Notes: generated from the sequence alone by a model not told the origin. A stretch of DNA of 64,000 bases from Candidatus Limnocylindrus sp. (GCA_040397175.1 JBBAWM010000002.1:21572-85571), one strand, 5' to 3'. Counted from the stretch's first letter, positions 29,218-39,463 are shown. Made by a program: numbers and translations.

Positions 29218-31815
29218 ATGAGCAACATCACCAGCGTTTCCGCCGAGTTCGGCGGTCAGACCCTCACGATTGAGACAGGCCGAATGGCCCGCCTCGCCGG
29301 TGGCGCAGTCACCGTTCGCTACGGCGACACCGTGGTCCTTGGCACTGCAAACCGCAGCGAGCCACGACCAGGCCTCGACTTCTTCCCACTCACGATTGAG
29401 TTTGAAGAGCGCATGTACGCCGCGGGAAAGATCCCGGGCGGTTACATCAAGCGCGAAGGGCGAGCCTCCGAGAACGCAACGCTCTCCGCGCGTCTCACCG
29501 ACCGACCGATTCGCCCACTCTTCCCAGAGGGGTACAAGGATGACGTTCAGGTTGTTATCACCGTGCTGAGCGCAGACCAGGAGAACGACCCAGACATCCT
29601 TGGAACGCTCGCGGCATCTGCAGCGCTCACCATCTCCGAGATTCCGTTCCTTGGGCCAATCGGCGCAGTGCGCGTCGGCATTGTGAACGGTGCCTTTGTT
29701 ATCAACCCAACGTTCGACCAGCTCAAGGAGAGCGATCTCGACTTGGTAGTTTCAGGAACCGTTAGCGCGATCATGATGGTCGAGGCTGGCGCGAACCTGA
29801 TCACCGAAGAGAAGATGGCCGAGGCCATTGAGTTCGGTCATAACGCCATCAAGGCGCTCGTTGCCCTTCAGGAGGAGCTGCGCGCCAAGGTCGGCAAGCA
29901 GAAGCGCGTTCCATACATCGAGCCAAGCACCGACAGCGTGCTGGCGTTTGCCGAGGCGGCCGCAAACGGTGGCACATTCGTGATCGTCGATACGGAAACT
30001 ACCGGCCTTGACCCGAAGATTTCTGACCTTGTCGAAGTTGCGGCAGTGAAGGTCAAGGGTGGCAAGATCACCGACCGCTGGAGCAGTTTTGTTGATGCCG
30101 GCAACGACATCGTTGGCGCCCAGATGCATGGCATCACCAACAAGGAGATCCAGGGCGGCCTCACGCCGAAGGCAGCGGCCGAGAAGATTGCTGAATTCGC
30201 CAAGGGCGCAATCCTTGTCGGACACAACCTTGGCTTTGATGTCGCCTTCCTCGATGAGGCACTCGGCAAGGGTCGCTCATTTGCAACCGAGCAGGGGAGC
30301 TACCTCGACACCTATGTCCTCTTCAAGGAGGCGTACCCAGAGAGCGAGTCGTTCAAGCTCGGAGATCTCGCACGCGTTTATGGCGCAGCGACCACTCCGA
30401 ACCATCGAGCGGCCGCTGACGCGGAAGCAACAGCAGAGCTCTTGCTGATCCTCGCCAACGAACTCCCAGGTCGCCTCGCGACGCTCAAGGAGGGGATTGC
30501 CGATTCGATCCGTGCCGCCCGTAGCGGCAAGGGCGAGCCAAAGGCGATCTTTGAGGCGGCACGCCGTAAAGCGCGCGTCGGTAGAAACCTCTTCGGCTGG
30601 ATGCATAAGAAGACGGCGCGTAACCTCACGATGAAGGAGGGGATTCGCCTCGACGGTCGGAAGGTCGACGAGATCCGCAAGATCTCGGTAGAGGTTGGTC
30701 TGCTCCCACGCGCACACGGCTCAGGCCTCTTCACCCGCGGTGAGACCCAGGCGTTGAGCGTGGCAACCCTTGGCCCAGTGGCACAGGGACAGCGTCTCGA
30801 CACGATCTCGCCGATCACCGAGAAGCGCTACATCCACCACTACAACATGCCGCCGTACAGCACCGGTGAGAACAAGCCGATGCGTGGCCCAGGGCGACGC
30901 GAAATTGGGCACGGAGCCCTTGCCGAGCGAGCACTCATCCCAGTGCTCCCTTCGATCGAGGAGTTCCCGTACGCCATCCGAGTCGTCTCAGAGTGCGTAA
31001 CCTCTAACGGATCGACCTCAATGGCCTCAACTTGCGGTTCGAGCCTCTCGCTCCTTGATGCCGGCGTGCCGCTCAAGGCGTCGGTGGCTGGCGCCGCAAT
31101 GGGCCTCATGTCGGAGCCAGACGGCGAATTCATCGTCCTCACGGACATCCTCGGCAAGGAGGATGCCTTCGGCGACATGGACTTCAAGGTGACCGGTACC
31201 CGTACGGGTATCACGGCCTTGCAGATGGACATCAAGGTGCAGGGGATCAACGGGGCGATCATTCGCACCGGCCTCAAGGATGCGCTTGCCGCCCGACTCG
31301 AGATCCTCGACAAGATGGACGCGATCATCAGCACGGCTCGACCAGAGCTCTCTGATTTCGCCCCACGCATCACCACGATCAAGATCAATCCGGAGAAGAT
31401 CCGCGACATCATTGGTAAGGGTGGCGCAGTGATTCGCAAGTTGCAGGATGACTTCCAGGTGAACATCAACGTACAGGACGACGGCACCGTGCAGATCGCT
31501 TCGGCTGATCCAGAGCGCACCAAGGGTGTCCTTGATGCGATCAATGGAATCACCAAAGAGGTTGAACTCGGCGCGCTCTATATGGGCAAGGTGACCCGCA
31601 TCATGGGCTTCGGCTGCTTCGTTGAGATCCTTCCAGGTAAGGAAGGCCTCGTACGCATCGGCGAGCTTGCCGACTACCGTGTGAACACGGTTGAGGATGA
31701 GGTCGCCGTGGGCGACGAGATCATGGTGGTGGTCACCGAAGTCGACCGCCAGGGTCGCGTCAACCTGTCGCGCCGCGCCGCCATGCAGCGTCATAAGGCC
31801 GCGCCTCAAGAGTAA
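29218..31815 (+). CDS. pnp: polynucleotide phosphorylase with in-frame inserted DnaQ-like DEDDh 3'-5' exonuclease domain (865 aa)
   Basis: PH1 (aa 1-~190), PH2 with RLDGR and HGSGLFTRGETQAL, KH (GKGGAVIRKL) and S1 are all present. Residues ~250-415 match an ExoI, ExoII and ExoIII exonuclease domain. An AGGAGA Shine-Dalgarno lies upstream. Confidence 0.9.
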   Translation: MSNITSVSAEFGGQTLTIETGRMARLAGGAVTVRYGDTVVLGTANRSEPRPGLDFFPLTIEFEERMYAAGKIPGGYIKREGRASENATLSARLTDRPIRPLFPEGYKDDVQVVITVLSADQENDPDILGTLAASAALTISEIPFLGPIGAVRVGIVNGAFVINPTFDQLKESDLDLVVSGTVSAIMMVEAGANLITEEKMAEAIEFGHNAIKALVALQEELRAKVGKQKRVPYIEPSTDSVLAFAEAAANGGTFVIVDTETTGLDPKISDLVEVAAVKVKGGKITDRWSSFVDAGNDIVGAQMHGITNKEIQGGLTPKAAAEKIAEFAKGAILVGHNLGFDVAFLDEALGKGRSFATEQGSYLDTYVLFKEAYPESESFKLGDLARVYGAATTPNHRAAADAEATAELLLILANELPGRLATLKEGIADSIRAARSGKGEPKAIFEAARRKARVGRNLFGWMHKKTARNLTMKEGIRLDGRKVDEIRKISVEVGLLPRAHGSGLFTRGETQALSVATLGPVAQGQRLDTISPITEKRYIHHYNMPPYSTGENKPMRGPGRREIGHGALAERALIPVLPSIEEFPYAIRVVSECVTSNGSTSMASTCGSSLSLLDAGVPLKASVAGAAMGLMSEPDGEFIVLTDILGKEDAFGDMDFKVTGTRTGITALQMDIKVQGINGAIIRTGLKDALAARLEILDKMDAIISTARPELSDFAPRITTIKINPEKIRDIIGKGGAVIRKLQDDFQVNINVQDDGTVQIASADPERTKGVLDAINGITKEVELGALYMGKVTRIMGFGCFVEILPGKEGLVRIGELADYRVNTVEDEVAVGDEIMVVVTEVDRQGRVNLSRRAAMQRHKAAPQE
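29965..30465 (+). other. DEDDh exonuclease domain embedded in pnp (ExoI VIVDTETTG; ExoII LVGHNLGFDVAFLD; ExoIII HRAAADAEATAELL)
   Basis: All five catalytic residues are present at canonical spacing: D258, E260, D341, H396 and D401. The domain is about 165 aa, inserted between helices of the PNPase alpha domain. Confidence 0.8.
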
Positions 31816-31842
31816 CGGTGCTCCGAAACGCACGAAAATCAA

Positions 31843-31875
31843 CTGAGGACTTGCGGATGCTCCGCAGGTCCTCAG
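31843..31875 (+). terminator. 15-bp stem hairpin CTGAGGACTTGCGGA-TGC-TCCGCAGGTCCTCAG downstream of pnp, probable U-tract-less terminator or processing site
   Basis: I read it directly in the sequence. It has one G·U pair and lies 27 nt after the pnp stop and 16 nt before asd. Confidence 0.35.
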
Positions 31876-31891
31876 TCGTATACTGGGCAGT

Positions 31892-32941
31892 ATGAGCAAC
31901 GCATCGAACCCAGAAGGTTTCGTCGTCGCCGTCCTCGGCGCCACTGGACTCGTTGGGCAGACCATGATCTCGGTGCTTGAAGAGCGCAACTTCCCTGTGC
32001 GCACGCTTATTCCACTTGCTGCCACGAGCGGTGGGCGCACCGTTCGCTTTCGTGGCGCCGATATCTTGGTGCAACAGGTTCAACCAGACTCGTTCAACGG
32101 CGTCGATCTTGCGCTTTTCAGCGCAGGTGGCGCCGCAAGCTTGACGTATGCGCCAGAAGCGGCGGCCCGCGGCTGCGTCGTTGTCGACAACTCCAGCGCC
32201 TGGCGCATGGATCCGAGTGTGCCGCTGGTTGTCTCGCAGGTAAATCCAGGGGCGCTCGCAACGCACAACGGCATCATTGCGAACCCGAACTGCTCGACCA
32301 TGCAGCTTGCGCCGCTATTAAAAGCGCTCTCTGATGCGGCCGGTTTACAGCGGGTGGTTGTCGCCACGTATCAGGCGGTCTCGGGTGCCGGCTCAAAATC
32401 AGTGGCTGATTTAGTTCAACAGCGAACCACCCTTGTGAATGGCGGCACACCCACTTCGACCATCTATCCGCATGCCGTCATTTCGAGCCCAATCCCCGCG
32501 ATCGATGTGTTCCTTCCTGATGGCTCCACCAAAGAGGAGGCCAAGGTCGTCAATGAGAGCCGGAAGATTCTCGACCTGCCGAACCTGCGTATCTCTGCAA
32601 CGGCGGTCCGTGTTCCCGTTGAACGGAGCCACTCCGAGGCGGTGCACGTTGAGCTATCGCGGGCGCTGAGCCCCGACCAAGCTCGTATCGTCTTTGCTGC
32701 GATGCAGGGGGTAACCCTGGTAGACGATCCAGCAAGTCATTCCTATCCACTTGCAGCAGATGCGTCCGGCAGTGACGAGATTTATGTCGGGAGAGTGCGC
32801 ACCGACGCCAGCGTTGAGCATGGGCTTGCCTTCTGGGTGGTGAGTGACAACATCCGCAAGGGTGCGGCGACGAACGCCGTTGAGATTGCTGAGCTCTTGG
32901 TCAGCATGAACCTGGTCCATGGAGCCAGTCACGTCGCCTAA
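31892..32941 (+). CDS. asd: aspartate-semialdehyde dehydrogenase
   Basis: The product has VAVLGATGLVGQTM and the active-site region NPNCSTM. Confidence 0.9.
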   Translation: MSNASNPEGFVVAVLGATGLVGQTMISVLEERNFPVRTLIPLAATSGGRTVRFRGADILVQQVQPDSFNGVDLALFSAGGAASLTYAPEAAARGCVVVDNSSAWRMDPSVPLVVSQVNPGALATHNGIIANPNCSTMQLAPLLKALSDAAGLQRVVVATYQAVSGAGSKSVADLVQQRTTLVNGGTPTSTIYPHAVISSPIPAIDVFLPDGSTKEEAKVVNESRKILDLPNLRISATAVRVPVERSHSEAVHVELSRALSPDQARIVFAAMQGVTLVDDPASHSYPLAADASGSDEIYVGRVRTDASVEHGLAFWVVSDNIRKGAATNAVEIAELLVSMNLVHGASHVA

Positions 32942-33602
32942 CCGAATCGCTCTCGAGCTCGCCTCGGTCGCCCGCGACGCCTCCACCTGTACGGCGTGTG
33001 CGCTCTCAGCCACAAGAACCCAGACGGTCCCCGGCGAGGGGAGTCCTACGGCAGCCCTGGTTTTCGTTGGGGAGGCCCCGGGAGCGCGGGAAGATCTGGC
33101 TGGTCGCCCGTTCGTTGGCGCGTCTGGTCGCCTTCTGGACGACCTCCTGGCCTCGATCGGCCTACGGCGCGACGAGATCTTCATCCTGAATACGGTGAAG
33201 TGTCGGCCACCAGCGAACCGCAATCCCCAGCGCGCAGAAACTGCTGCCTGTGCCTCGTTCCTCACACGGCAGTTGAAGGCGTTGCAGCCCCGGGTGATCG
33301 CCACCCTCGGGAGGCACGCACTTGCTGTCTTTGCGCCAAGCGCGAAGATTGCCGAGGTGCACGGACGTCCCCACGCACAGACAGACGGTGATCAGCGCGG
33401 TGGTGCGGTGCTCTTTCCCCTCTATCACCCCGCAGCGGCACTCCACAACGGGAGCCTGCGACCAGCCTTAGAGCGCGATATGGCGGCCCTGGGAGAGTTT
33501 CTCTCCATGAATGCTCGCGAAGAGGCGGGGGAGGCTACCCTACGCGAGGTGGATTCGGTGCCGACTCGGCGCCGTTCCAGCATGCAAGGGGAGGCTGAAT
33601 GA
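32919..33602 (+). CDS. udg: family 4 uracil-DNA glycosylase
   Basis: The product has CTACAL, LVFVGEAPGARED, FVGASGRLL and HPAAALHN. Confidence 0.8.
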   Translation: MEPVTSPNRIALELASVARDASTCTACALSATRTQTVPGEGSPTAALVFVGEAPGAREDLAGRPFVGASGRLLDDLLASIGLRRDEIFILNTVKCRPPANRNPQRAETAACASFLTRQLKALQPRVIATLGRHALAVFAPSAKIAEVHGRPHAQTDGDQRGGAVLFPLYHPAAALHNGSLRPALERDMAALGEFLSMNAREEAGEATLREVDSVPTRRRSSMQGEAE

Positions 33603-35338
33603 CCCAACGCCCGCAACCGGCACGCCGACCAGCTGAGGCGAGACGCCCCCAGGAAACACGCAGGCCGCACAAGGCGGCTACCAGCGGCCCGGCACTCCGT
33701 CTGATCCCGCTCGGCGGCATGGGGGAGATCGGGAAGAACCTCTACCTGTATGAGTACCAGGACACCATCATCCTCGTTGACTGTGGCCTCGCCTTCCCCG
33801 ATGAGACCACCCTTGGTGTCGACATCATCATCCCGGACATCAGTTACTTGCGGGCACGCCGCAGCGCCGTGAAGGCGGTCCTCATCACCCATGGACACGA
33901 GGATCACGTCGGTGCGCTCCCGCACATCCTCCCTGAGCTCCCGGGGGTGCCCGTCTACGCCAGCACCCTTGCACGAGGGCTCTTGGCAAACAAGTTGAAG
34001 GAGTTCAAGGTCACCGCCAATCCGCTGCGACCGCTCGACCCAGGCGGCCGACTTGAGGTTGGGCCCTTCACGATTGAACCCTTCCGCGTTGGCCACTCCA
34101 TTCCGGATGCCATGGGTTACGCGATCCATTCACCGGTTGGAACGGTCATCCACACCGGTGACTTCAAGTTTGACCAAACTCCAGCGGATGGCAAGACAGC
34201 AGACTTTGCCATGCTGGCAAAATTCGGCGCCCAGGGTGTACTCGCTCTCGTTTCAGACAGTACACGTGCCGAAGCGCCCGGATATACGCCGAGTGAGCAG
34301 GTTGTCGGCCAAGCCTTTAAGGGAATCATCAGCAGCGCACCTGGCCGCGTGATCATTGCCACCTTTGCCTCCAACATCGCGCGAATTCAACAGGTGCTCG
34401 ATGCGGCAGGGGAGTTCCATCGGAAGGTAGCCGTCGTCGGTCGTTCGATGGAGCAGAACGTCAAGATCGCTCGCGACCTTGGCTATCTGAAATTCCCAAC
34501 TCCACTCCTTGCCAAAGAGGAGATTGCGCGCCGCACGAAGGAGCCGCTCGTGATCGCAACGACGGGCGCGCAGGGCGAGCCGATGGCTGGCCTTGCCAAG
34601 ATGGCGAATGGCGAGCACCGCAATGTAGAGATTCAGAACGGCGATACCGTGATCGTTTCCGCATCACCGATTCCAGGCAACGAAGAGGCGGTCGGCAGAA
34701 CGATTGACAATCTTTTCAAGTCTGGTGCTAACGTCATCTATCACTCGATTGCCCAGGTGCACGTTTCAGGTCACGCCTCACAAGAGGAGCTGAAGATGAT
34801 GCTTGCACTCACCAAGCCAAAGTACTTCGTGCCCATGCATGGCGAGATGCGCATGCAGGTGGCCCATGGGCGCCTTGCAACGCAGATGGGGGTACCGCCT
34901 TCTGCGGTCTTTATCATTGATAACGGCACGCCAGTTGAGTTCTCTGCAGATGGCAGCGCACGACGTGGTAAACCAGTTGAGCACGGCTCAGTTTTCGTTG
35001 ATGGATCATCGGTTGGCGAGATCAGCGAGATCGTACTCCGCGATCGACGCACCCTGGCCGACGACGGAATCGTCGTCGTGATTGCAACGATCGATGCACG
35101 TACCGGAAAGCCCGTCGGCCGCCCAGCCCTAGTTACCCGTGGATTCCTCAATGGCGACGAGGATAATAAGCTTGTTGAAGAGGCAATCACGATTGCCCTC
35201 AAGGCAATCCAACACAAAGGTGATCGCGGTGCTGAGGCCGGCCTGATCAAGGCCCAGTTGAGCGAATCGGTTTCGCGATTCCTTGGTAAGGAGACGCGAC
35301 GTCGTCCACTCGTGGTTCCTGTGGTGGTCGAGGTTTAA
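33599..35338 (+). CDS. rnj: ribonuclease J (Arg/Pro-rich N-terminal extension)
   Basis: The product has LRLIPLGGMGEIGKN, an MBL/beta-CASP fold and HGHEDHVGALP. An ATGA overlap joins it to udg. Confidence 0.9.
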   Translation: MTQRPQPARRPAEARRPQETRRPHKAATSGPALRLIPLGGMGEIGKNLYLYEYQDTIILVDCGLAFPDETTLGVDIIIPDISYLRARRSAVKAVLITHGHEDHVGALPHILPELPGVPVYASTLARGLLANKLKEFKVTANPLRPLDPGGRLEVGPFTIEPFRVGHSIPDAMGYAIHSPVGTVIHTGDFKFDQTPADGKTADFAMLAKFGAQGVLALVSDSTRAEAPGYTPSEQVVGQAFKGIISSAPGRVIIATFASNIARIQQVLDAAGEFHRKVAVVGRSMEQNVKIARDLGYLKFPTPLLAKEEIARRTKEPLVIATTGAQGEPMAGLAKMANGEHRNVEIQNGDTVIVSASPIPGNEEAVGRTIDNLFKSGANVIYHSIAQVHVSGHASQEELKMMLALTKPKYFVPMHGEMRMQVAHGRLATQMGVPPSAVFIIDNGTPVEFSADGSARRGKPVEHGSVFVDGSSVGEISEIVLRDRRTLADDGIVVVIATIDARTGKPVGRPALVTRGFLNGDEDNKLVEEAITIALKAIQHKGDRGAEAGLIKAQLSESVSRFLGKETRRRPLVVPVVVEV

Positions 35339-35341
35339 GCG

Positions 35342-37642
35342 ATGGCAAAGCGCGAAGGAAAGAGTGGAGGTCGTCTCGTACGGCGCAGTCCGCTTGCATC
35401 ACGATCGGCACTCCGCACGCTTCTCTCTCTCGCCTTTGCGGTCACTGGGGTGATCTTTGCTGTCGGCCTCATACTCCCAGGGCGTGGAGCCCTCGCGGAT
35501 GTGCTCCGTGATGTGCTCGCGCCGTGGTTCGGTGCTGGCCGTTGGCTGGTCCCAGTACTGCTGATCGGCTTCGCCGTCTGGATCGAGCGCAGCGCCGCTT
35601 CCACCCCACGGGTCCCGCTGCGCATTGTCTTGTCGCTCATTGCCCTTGTCGGCCTGCTTGCGCTCGTTGAGATCGTCTTCCCGACCCACGGCGGCCGCAT
35701 CGGAAGCATTGCTGGCGGGGGCGCTGCGAACCTGCTGACAGGAATTGGCGCGTTCGCAGCATGGAGCGGGATCTTGATCGCGATTGGACTCATCCTCGCT
35801 GAGTCCACGGTGCGGAGGATTTTCGCCACACTCTTTGCAGGCGCGAAGGTGAGTGCAGAAGTGATCGGCGACGGCGTCGAGAAGTTCGCCGCAGAGCGCG
35901 AACGCATCATGCAAGAGCGTGACGCTGCACGCACCGCAGAAGCTACTCGTATCCAGCTCGAAGTTGCGAGTCACCCAGTAGTGGCGGTTGCGCCTGCAGC
36001 GATCGTGCCTGATACCTTCGCTGTTGCGGAGCCCGATGCCGAACCGGAGGCTAACAGCGTACGCGGCGGGGCCCCCGCACGAGGATCAGGGAGCACTTCA
36101 GCAAACGGAAGTGCAGGCCCAGGGACCAGGACAAAAGCTGGTGGTGCAGTTCCGTGGGATCTGCCTTCCACGAGCCTGCTCGATGCCCCAGGCAAGTCCG
36201 TCAGCCCAAATGCCAGCATCCACCAGGCGAACGCCGCGATCATCGTCCAGAAGCTGCGCGATCTCGGCATTGAGATCACCTCAGTGACGGCTAATCCTGG
36301 TCCAGTCGTTACGCAGTACGAGCTGACACCCGCACCAAATGTGCGAATCAGCCGTATCGAAGGCTTAGGCGACGATCTGGCAATGGCGCTAAGTGCCCGT
36401 TCGATTCGCATTGAGGCGCCGATTCCTGGCAAGGCCGTCGTCGGTATTGAGATTCCTAATCACGAGGCGGAGGCCATTCGTTTCAAGCCACTGCTTACCC
36501 CAATCGATAAGGCTGGATCTTGGACGCCAAGCCAGGTGATCCCATTTGCGCTAGGCAAAGATGTTGGCGGAACAGCACAAGTACGCGATCTCGCAAGCAT
36601 GCCGCATCTTCTCATCGCAGGGGCAACGGGCTCAGGAAAGAGCGTCATGGTCAACGCCATCATCGCCTCGTTCTTGTTTGCCCGAACACCTCAGGAGCTT
36701 CGCATGATTTTAGTAGATCCGAAGCGCGTCGAACTATCAGGATACAACGGTCTGCCACACCTACTCGTTCCAGTGATCACTGAATCCGATAAGGCCGCTT
36801 CTGCCTTGAAGTGGGCGGTTCTTGAGATGGAGAACCGCTATCGCATGTTTGCTGGTGCTGGCGCACGCAATCTCGAAGGCTACAACGCCAGTCGAGAGGA
36901 TGTGAACGATCGAATGTATTCGATCGTCATCATCATTGATGAGCTCGCCGACTTGATGATGCAAGATGGCAGGGAGACAGAAGAGTCAATTGTGCGAATT
37001 GCACAGAAAGCCCGTGCCACTGGAGTCCATCTGATCCTTGCAACGCAGCGACCCTCGGTTAACGTGGTCACAGGGCTGATCAAGGCAAACATTCCAAGCC
37101 GGATTGCCTTCTCGATGGCGAGCCAGATCGATTCGCGAACGGTGCTGGACGCGCCAGGGGCCGAAGATCTGATCGGTCGCGGCGATATGCTCTTCCAGCC
37201 TTCAGATGCCCCGAAGCCGACGCGCATGCAAGGCGTCTTCGTTTCGGATCGTGAGATCAACGCCGTTGTGACGCACTGGCGCGAGCAGGGGTTACCGGAC
37301 TATCAACTTGGGATTGTTGCGTCCGCCGAACGCAACGGTGGGGCAGGAGCCGACCGTGGCCGTGACGAAAAGCCGGCAGACCGACTCTTCGATGAGGCAG
37401 TACAGGTGGTCGCCGAGCATGACCGCGCCTCTGCATCGCTCCTGCAGCGCCGTCTCCGTATTGGCTACGCACGAGCCGCCCGAATCATCGACCAACTGGA
37501 AGAGAAGGGCTACATCGGATCGTTCGATGGGTCCACCGCGCGAGTGGTGAATCGCGACAAGATCGCCGCTGATGCAGCTGGCGCCAGCGGTGGCAGCACG
37601 GGTGGAACGAATGCAGCGGGGGAGACAGGGGAGGGCGCTTAG
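35342..37642 (+). CDS. ftsK: DNA translocase FtsK/SpoIIIE
   Basis: The product has N-terminal TM helices, Walker A LLIAGATGSGKS, and a C-terminal gamma winged helix (RASASLLQRRLRIGYARAARIIDQLEEKGYIG). Confidence 0.9.
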   Translation: MAKREGKSGGRLVRRSPLASRSALRTLLSLAFAVTGVIFAVGLILPGRGALADVLRDVLAPWFGAGRWLVPVLLIGFAVWIERSAASTPRVPLRIVLSLIALVGLLALVEIVFPTHGGRIGSIAGGGAANLLTGIGAFAAWSGILIAIGLILAESTVRRIFATLFAGAKVSAEVIGDGVEKFAAERERIMQERDAARTAEATRIQLEVASHPVVAVAPAAIVPDTFAVAEPDAEPEANSVRGGAPARGSGSTSANGSAGPGTRTKAGGAVPWDLPSTSLLDAPGKSVSPNASIHQANAAIIVQKLRDLGIEITSVTANPGPVVTQYELTPAPNVRISRIEGLGDDLAMALSARSIRIEAPIPGKAVVGIEIPNHEAEAIRFKPLLTPIDKAGSWTPSQVIPFALGKDVGGTAQVRDLASMPHLLIAGATGSGKSVMVNAIIASFLFARTPQELRMILVDPKRVELSGYNGLPHLLVPVITESDKAASALKWAVLEMENRYRMFAGAGARNLEGYNASREDVNDRMYSIVIIIDELADLMMQDGRETEESIVRIAQKARATGVHLILATQRPSVNVVTGLIKANIPSRIAFSMASQIDSRTVLDAPGAEDLIGRGDMLFQPSDAPKPTRMQGVFVSDREINAVVTHWREQGLPDYQLGIVASAERNGGAGADRGRDEKPADRLFDEAVQVVAEHDRASASLLQRRLRIGYARAARIIDQLEEKGYIGSFDGSTARVVNRDKIAADAAGASGGSTGGTNAAGETGEGA

Positions 37643-37645
37643 TTC

Positions 37646-38965
37646 ATGAGCGATCAGGTGCCTCTCACTCCCCAAGAACCAAGACTGTCTGAAGATGTGG
37701 TGCCACAGGCCCCAAGCATTGGCGATCGACTTCGCCAGGCTCGTGAGCGGCGTGGTGTAAGCATCGCTGGGGCTTCTGCCACGCTAAAGATTCGTGCTCC
37801 GATCCTGGAGGCGTTTGAACGCGAAGACCACAGCCAACTTCCGCCACGCGTCTACGCGCTCGGGCAACTCCGAACCTACGCCGCCTATCTCGGCCTCGAT
37901 CCGGCCACGGTTGCAGCGGGCTGGCAAGGCCCCCCATCCCCGAAAGGACCTGCCCCCACATCATCACAACGACCAACAACAACGGCGGATCGCCTTGCCG
38001 CCCTGCGCCCGGGCCTTATTCGCTCCACGCGTGGGGTGCTAGCGATCGGCGGGTTAGGGCTCGCCGTCCTGGTGATCAGCGGCTTCATGGTGCTACAGCT
38101 TCTGCGATTCATCCTACCCCCCTCTATTGCGATTACCTATCCACTTGAGGCGATCAGCAACCTGGAACCTGGGACGCTCTCCTACGAAATCAAGGGAACG
38201 GCTGACGCTCGCGCCAGCATCGTCATCAGCACCAGCGCTGGGGTGCAGCTCACGACCGAGGCGGATGAGAGTGGTCTCTGGAGTCTCGTTGTGCCTCTCG
38301 GTACTGGCCAGACAGAAGTTGTTGCAAGCGCAGTGAAGCCCGGCACTGGCGGTGAATCGAGCACCTCAGCGGCGCGCGTCTTCGTGGTGGCACTTCCCGA
38401 TAAGGTCGCCCCCGAGATCACCGTAACCGAGCCGTCAGCCAACCTTGCCATCAAGGATGGTGACGTGCCGATCTCACTTGTCACAAACCCAAATAGCGAG
38501 GTAGGCATCACCGCAACGGATACCGCAGGGGGGTTAATCACCTCCGTGCTCACCAGCGACGTCACTGGGGTCGCCACTGGGGGGATCAACCTCCCGGCGG
38601 GGCGCTGGACCTTAAGCTTCAGCATCACCACTGCCGACGGCGCGCTCGGTCAGGCTACCCGCACGGTGGATGTCTCCTTCACTGGCGTAACGGTGAGCGT
38701 CACCGGCGGGGCCATCGCAACGTGGATTCGTGTCTGGGTAGATGGTCAGCTTGACCCAACGATTGGTGTTTCAGGGAAGACCTTGGCACCTGGCACACGG
38801 TTCAACTTCACGGGGGCGAAGCGCATTGAGATTCGTAGCGGGGATCCCTCTGCCCTTCTGTTCACGCTCAACGGGCGTACCATTAGCGGAGTTCGGAGCG
38901 GCACAGGGGCCGAAACGTACGCTTTCCTCAGCACGGGGAAGGTGCAGAAATCATCGAGGAGGTAG
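37646..38965 (+). CDS. RodZ-like HTH (XRE) membrane protein with C-terminal DUF4115
   Basis: The product has an N-terminal HTH (IGDRLRQARERRGVSIAGASATLKI), one TM segment, and a C-terminal WIRVWVDGQ...RFNFTG...LFTLNGR motif. Confidence 0.65.
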   Translation: MSDQVPLTPQEPRLSEDVVPQAPSIGDRLRQARERRGVSIAGASATLKIRAPILEAFEREDHSQLPPRVYALGQLRTYAAYLGLDPATVAAGWQGPPSPKGPAPTSSQRPTTTADRLAALRPGLIRSTRGVLAIGGLGLAVLVISGFMVLQLLRFILPPSIAITYPLEAISNLEPGTLSYEIKGTADARASIVISTSAGVQLTTEADESGLWSLVVPLGTGQTEVVASAVKPGTGGESSTSAARVFVVALPDKVAPEITVTEPSANLAIKDGDVPISLVTNPNSEVGITATDTAGGLITSVLTSDVTGVATGGINLPAGRWTLSFSITTADGALGQATRTVDVSFTGVTVSVTGGAIATWIRVWVDGQLDPTIGVSGKTLAPGTRFNFTGAKRIEIRSGDPSALLFTLNGRTISGVRSGTGAETYAFLSTGKVQKSSRR

Positions 38966-38968
38966 TGC

Positions 38969-39460
38969 ATGGCAGCCGATAACTCGTTTGACGTCGTCTC
39001 GGAATATGACGAGCAGGAGCTCAAGAACGCGCTCGACCAGACCCGGCGGGAGATCGCCACTCGATACGATTTTCGCGACGCTACCGCCGAAATTAAGGAG
39101 GAGAAGGGTGAGCTGATTATCCGCGTCGACGGCGATCTACGCCTGAAGGCGTTGCGCGACATCCTCGAATCAAAGTCGGTAAAGCGCGGTATTGACCTGC
39201 GGACCTACGACTGGGGGAAGGCGGAGGCGGCTGGCGGAGACACCCTCCGCATTCACGTCAAGCTCCGCAAGGGGCTCGACGACGTGGCAGCGAAGAAGAT
39301 TGCCAAATTCATTCGTGACACCTTCCCAAAGGTGAAGACTCAGATCCAGGGCGAGGCGGTGCGTGTGACCGGCAAGTCACGCGACGAACTGCAAGAGGTA
39401 ATGAGCAGCCTGAAGGATCTTGACGTTGAACGACCGCTGCAATTTGAGAACTACCGGTAG
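38969..39460 (+). CDS. yajQ: YajQ/UPF0234 family nucleotide-binding protein
   Basis: The product has SFDVVSEYDEQELKNALDQ and is 163 aa. Confidence 0.8.
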   Translation: MAADNSFDVVSEYDEQELKNALDQTRREIATRYDFRDATAEIKEEKGELIIRVDGDLRLKALRDILESKSVKRGIDLRTYDWGKAEAAGGDTLRIHVKLRKGLDDVAAKKIAKFIRDTFPKVKTQIQGEAVRVTGKSRDELQEVMSSLKDLDVERPLQFENYR

Positions 39461-39463
39461 CTT

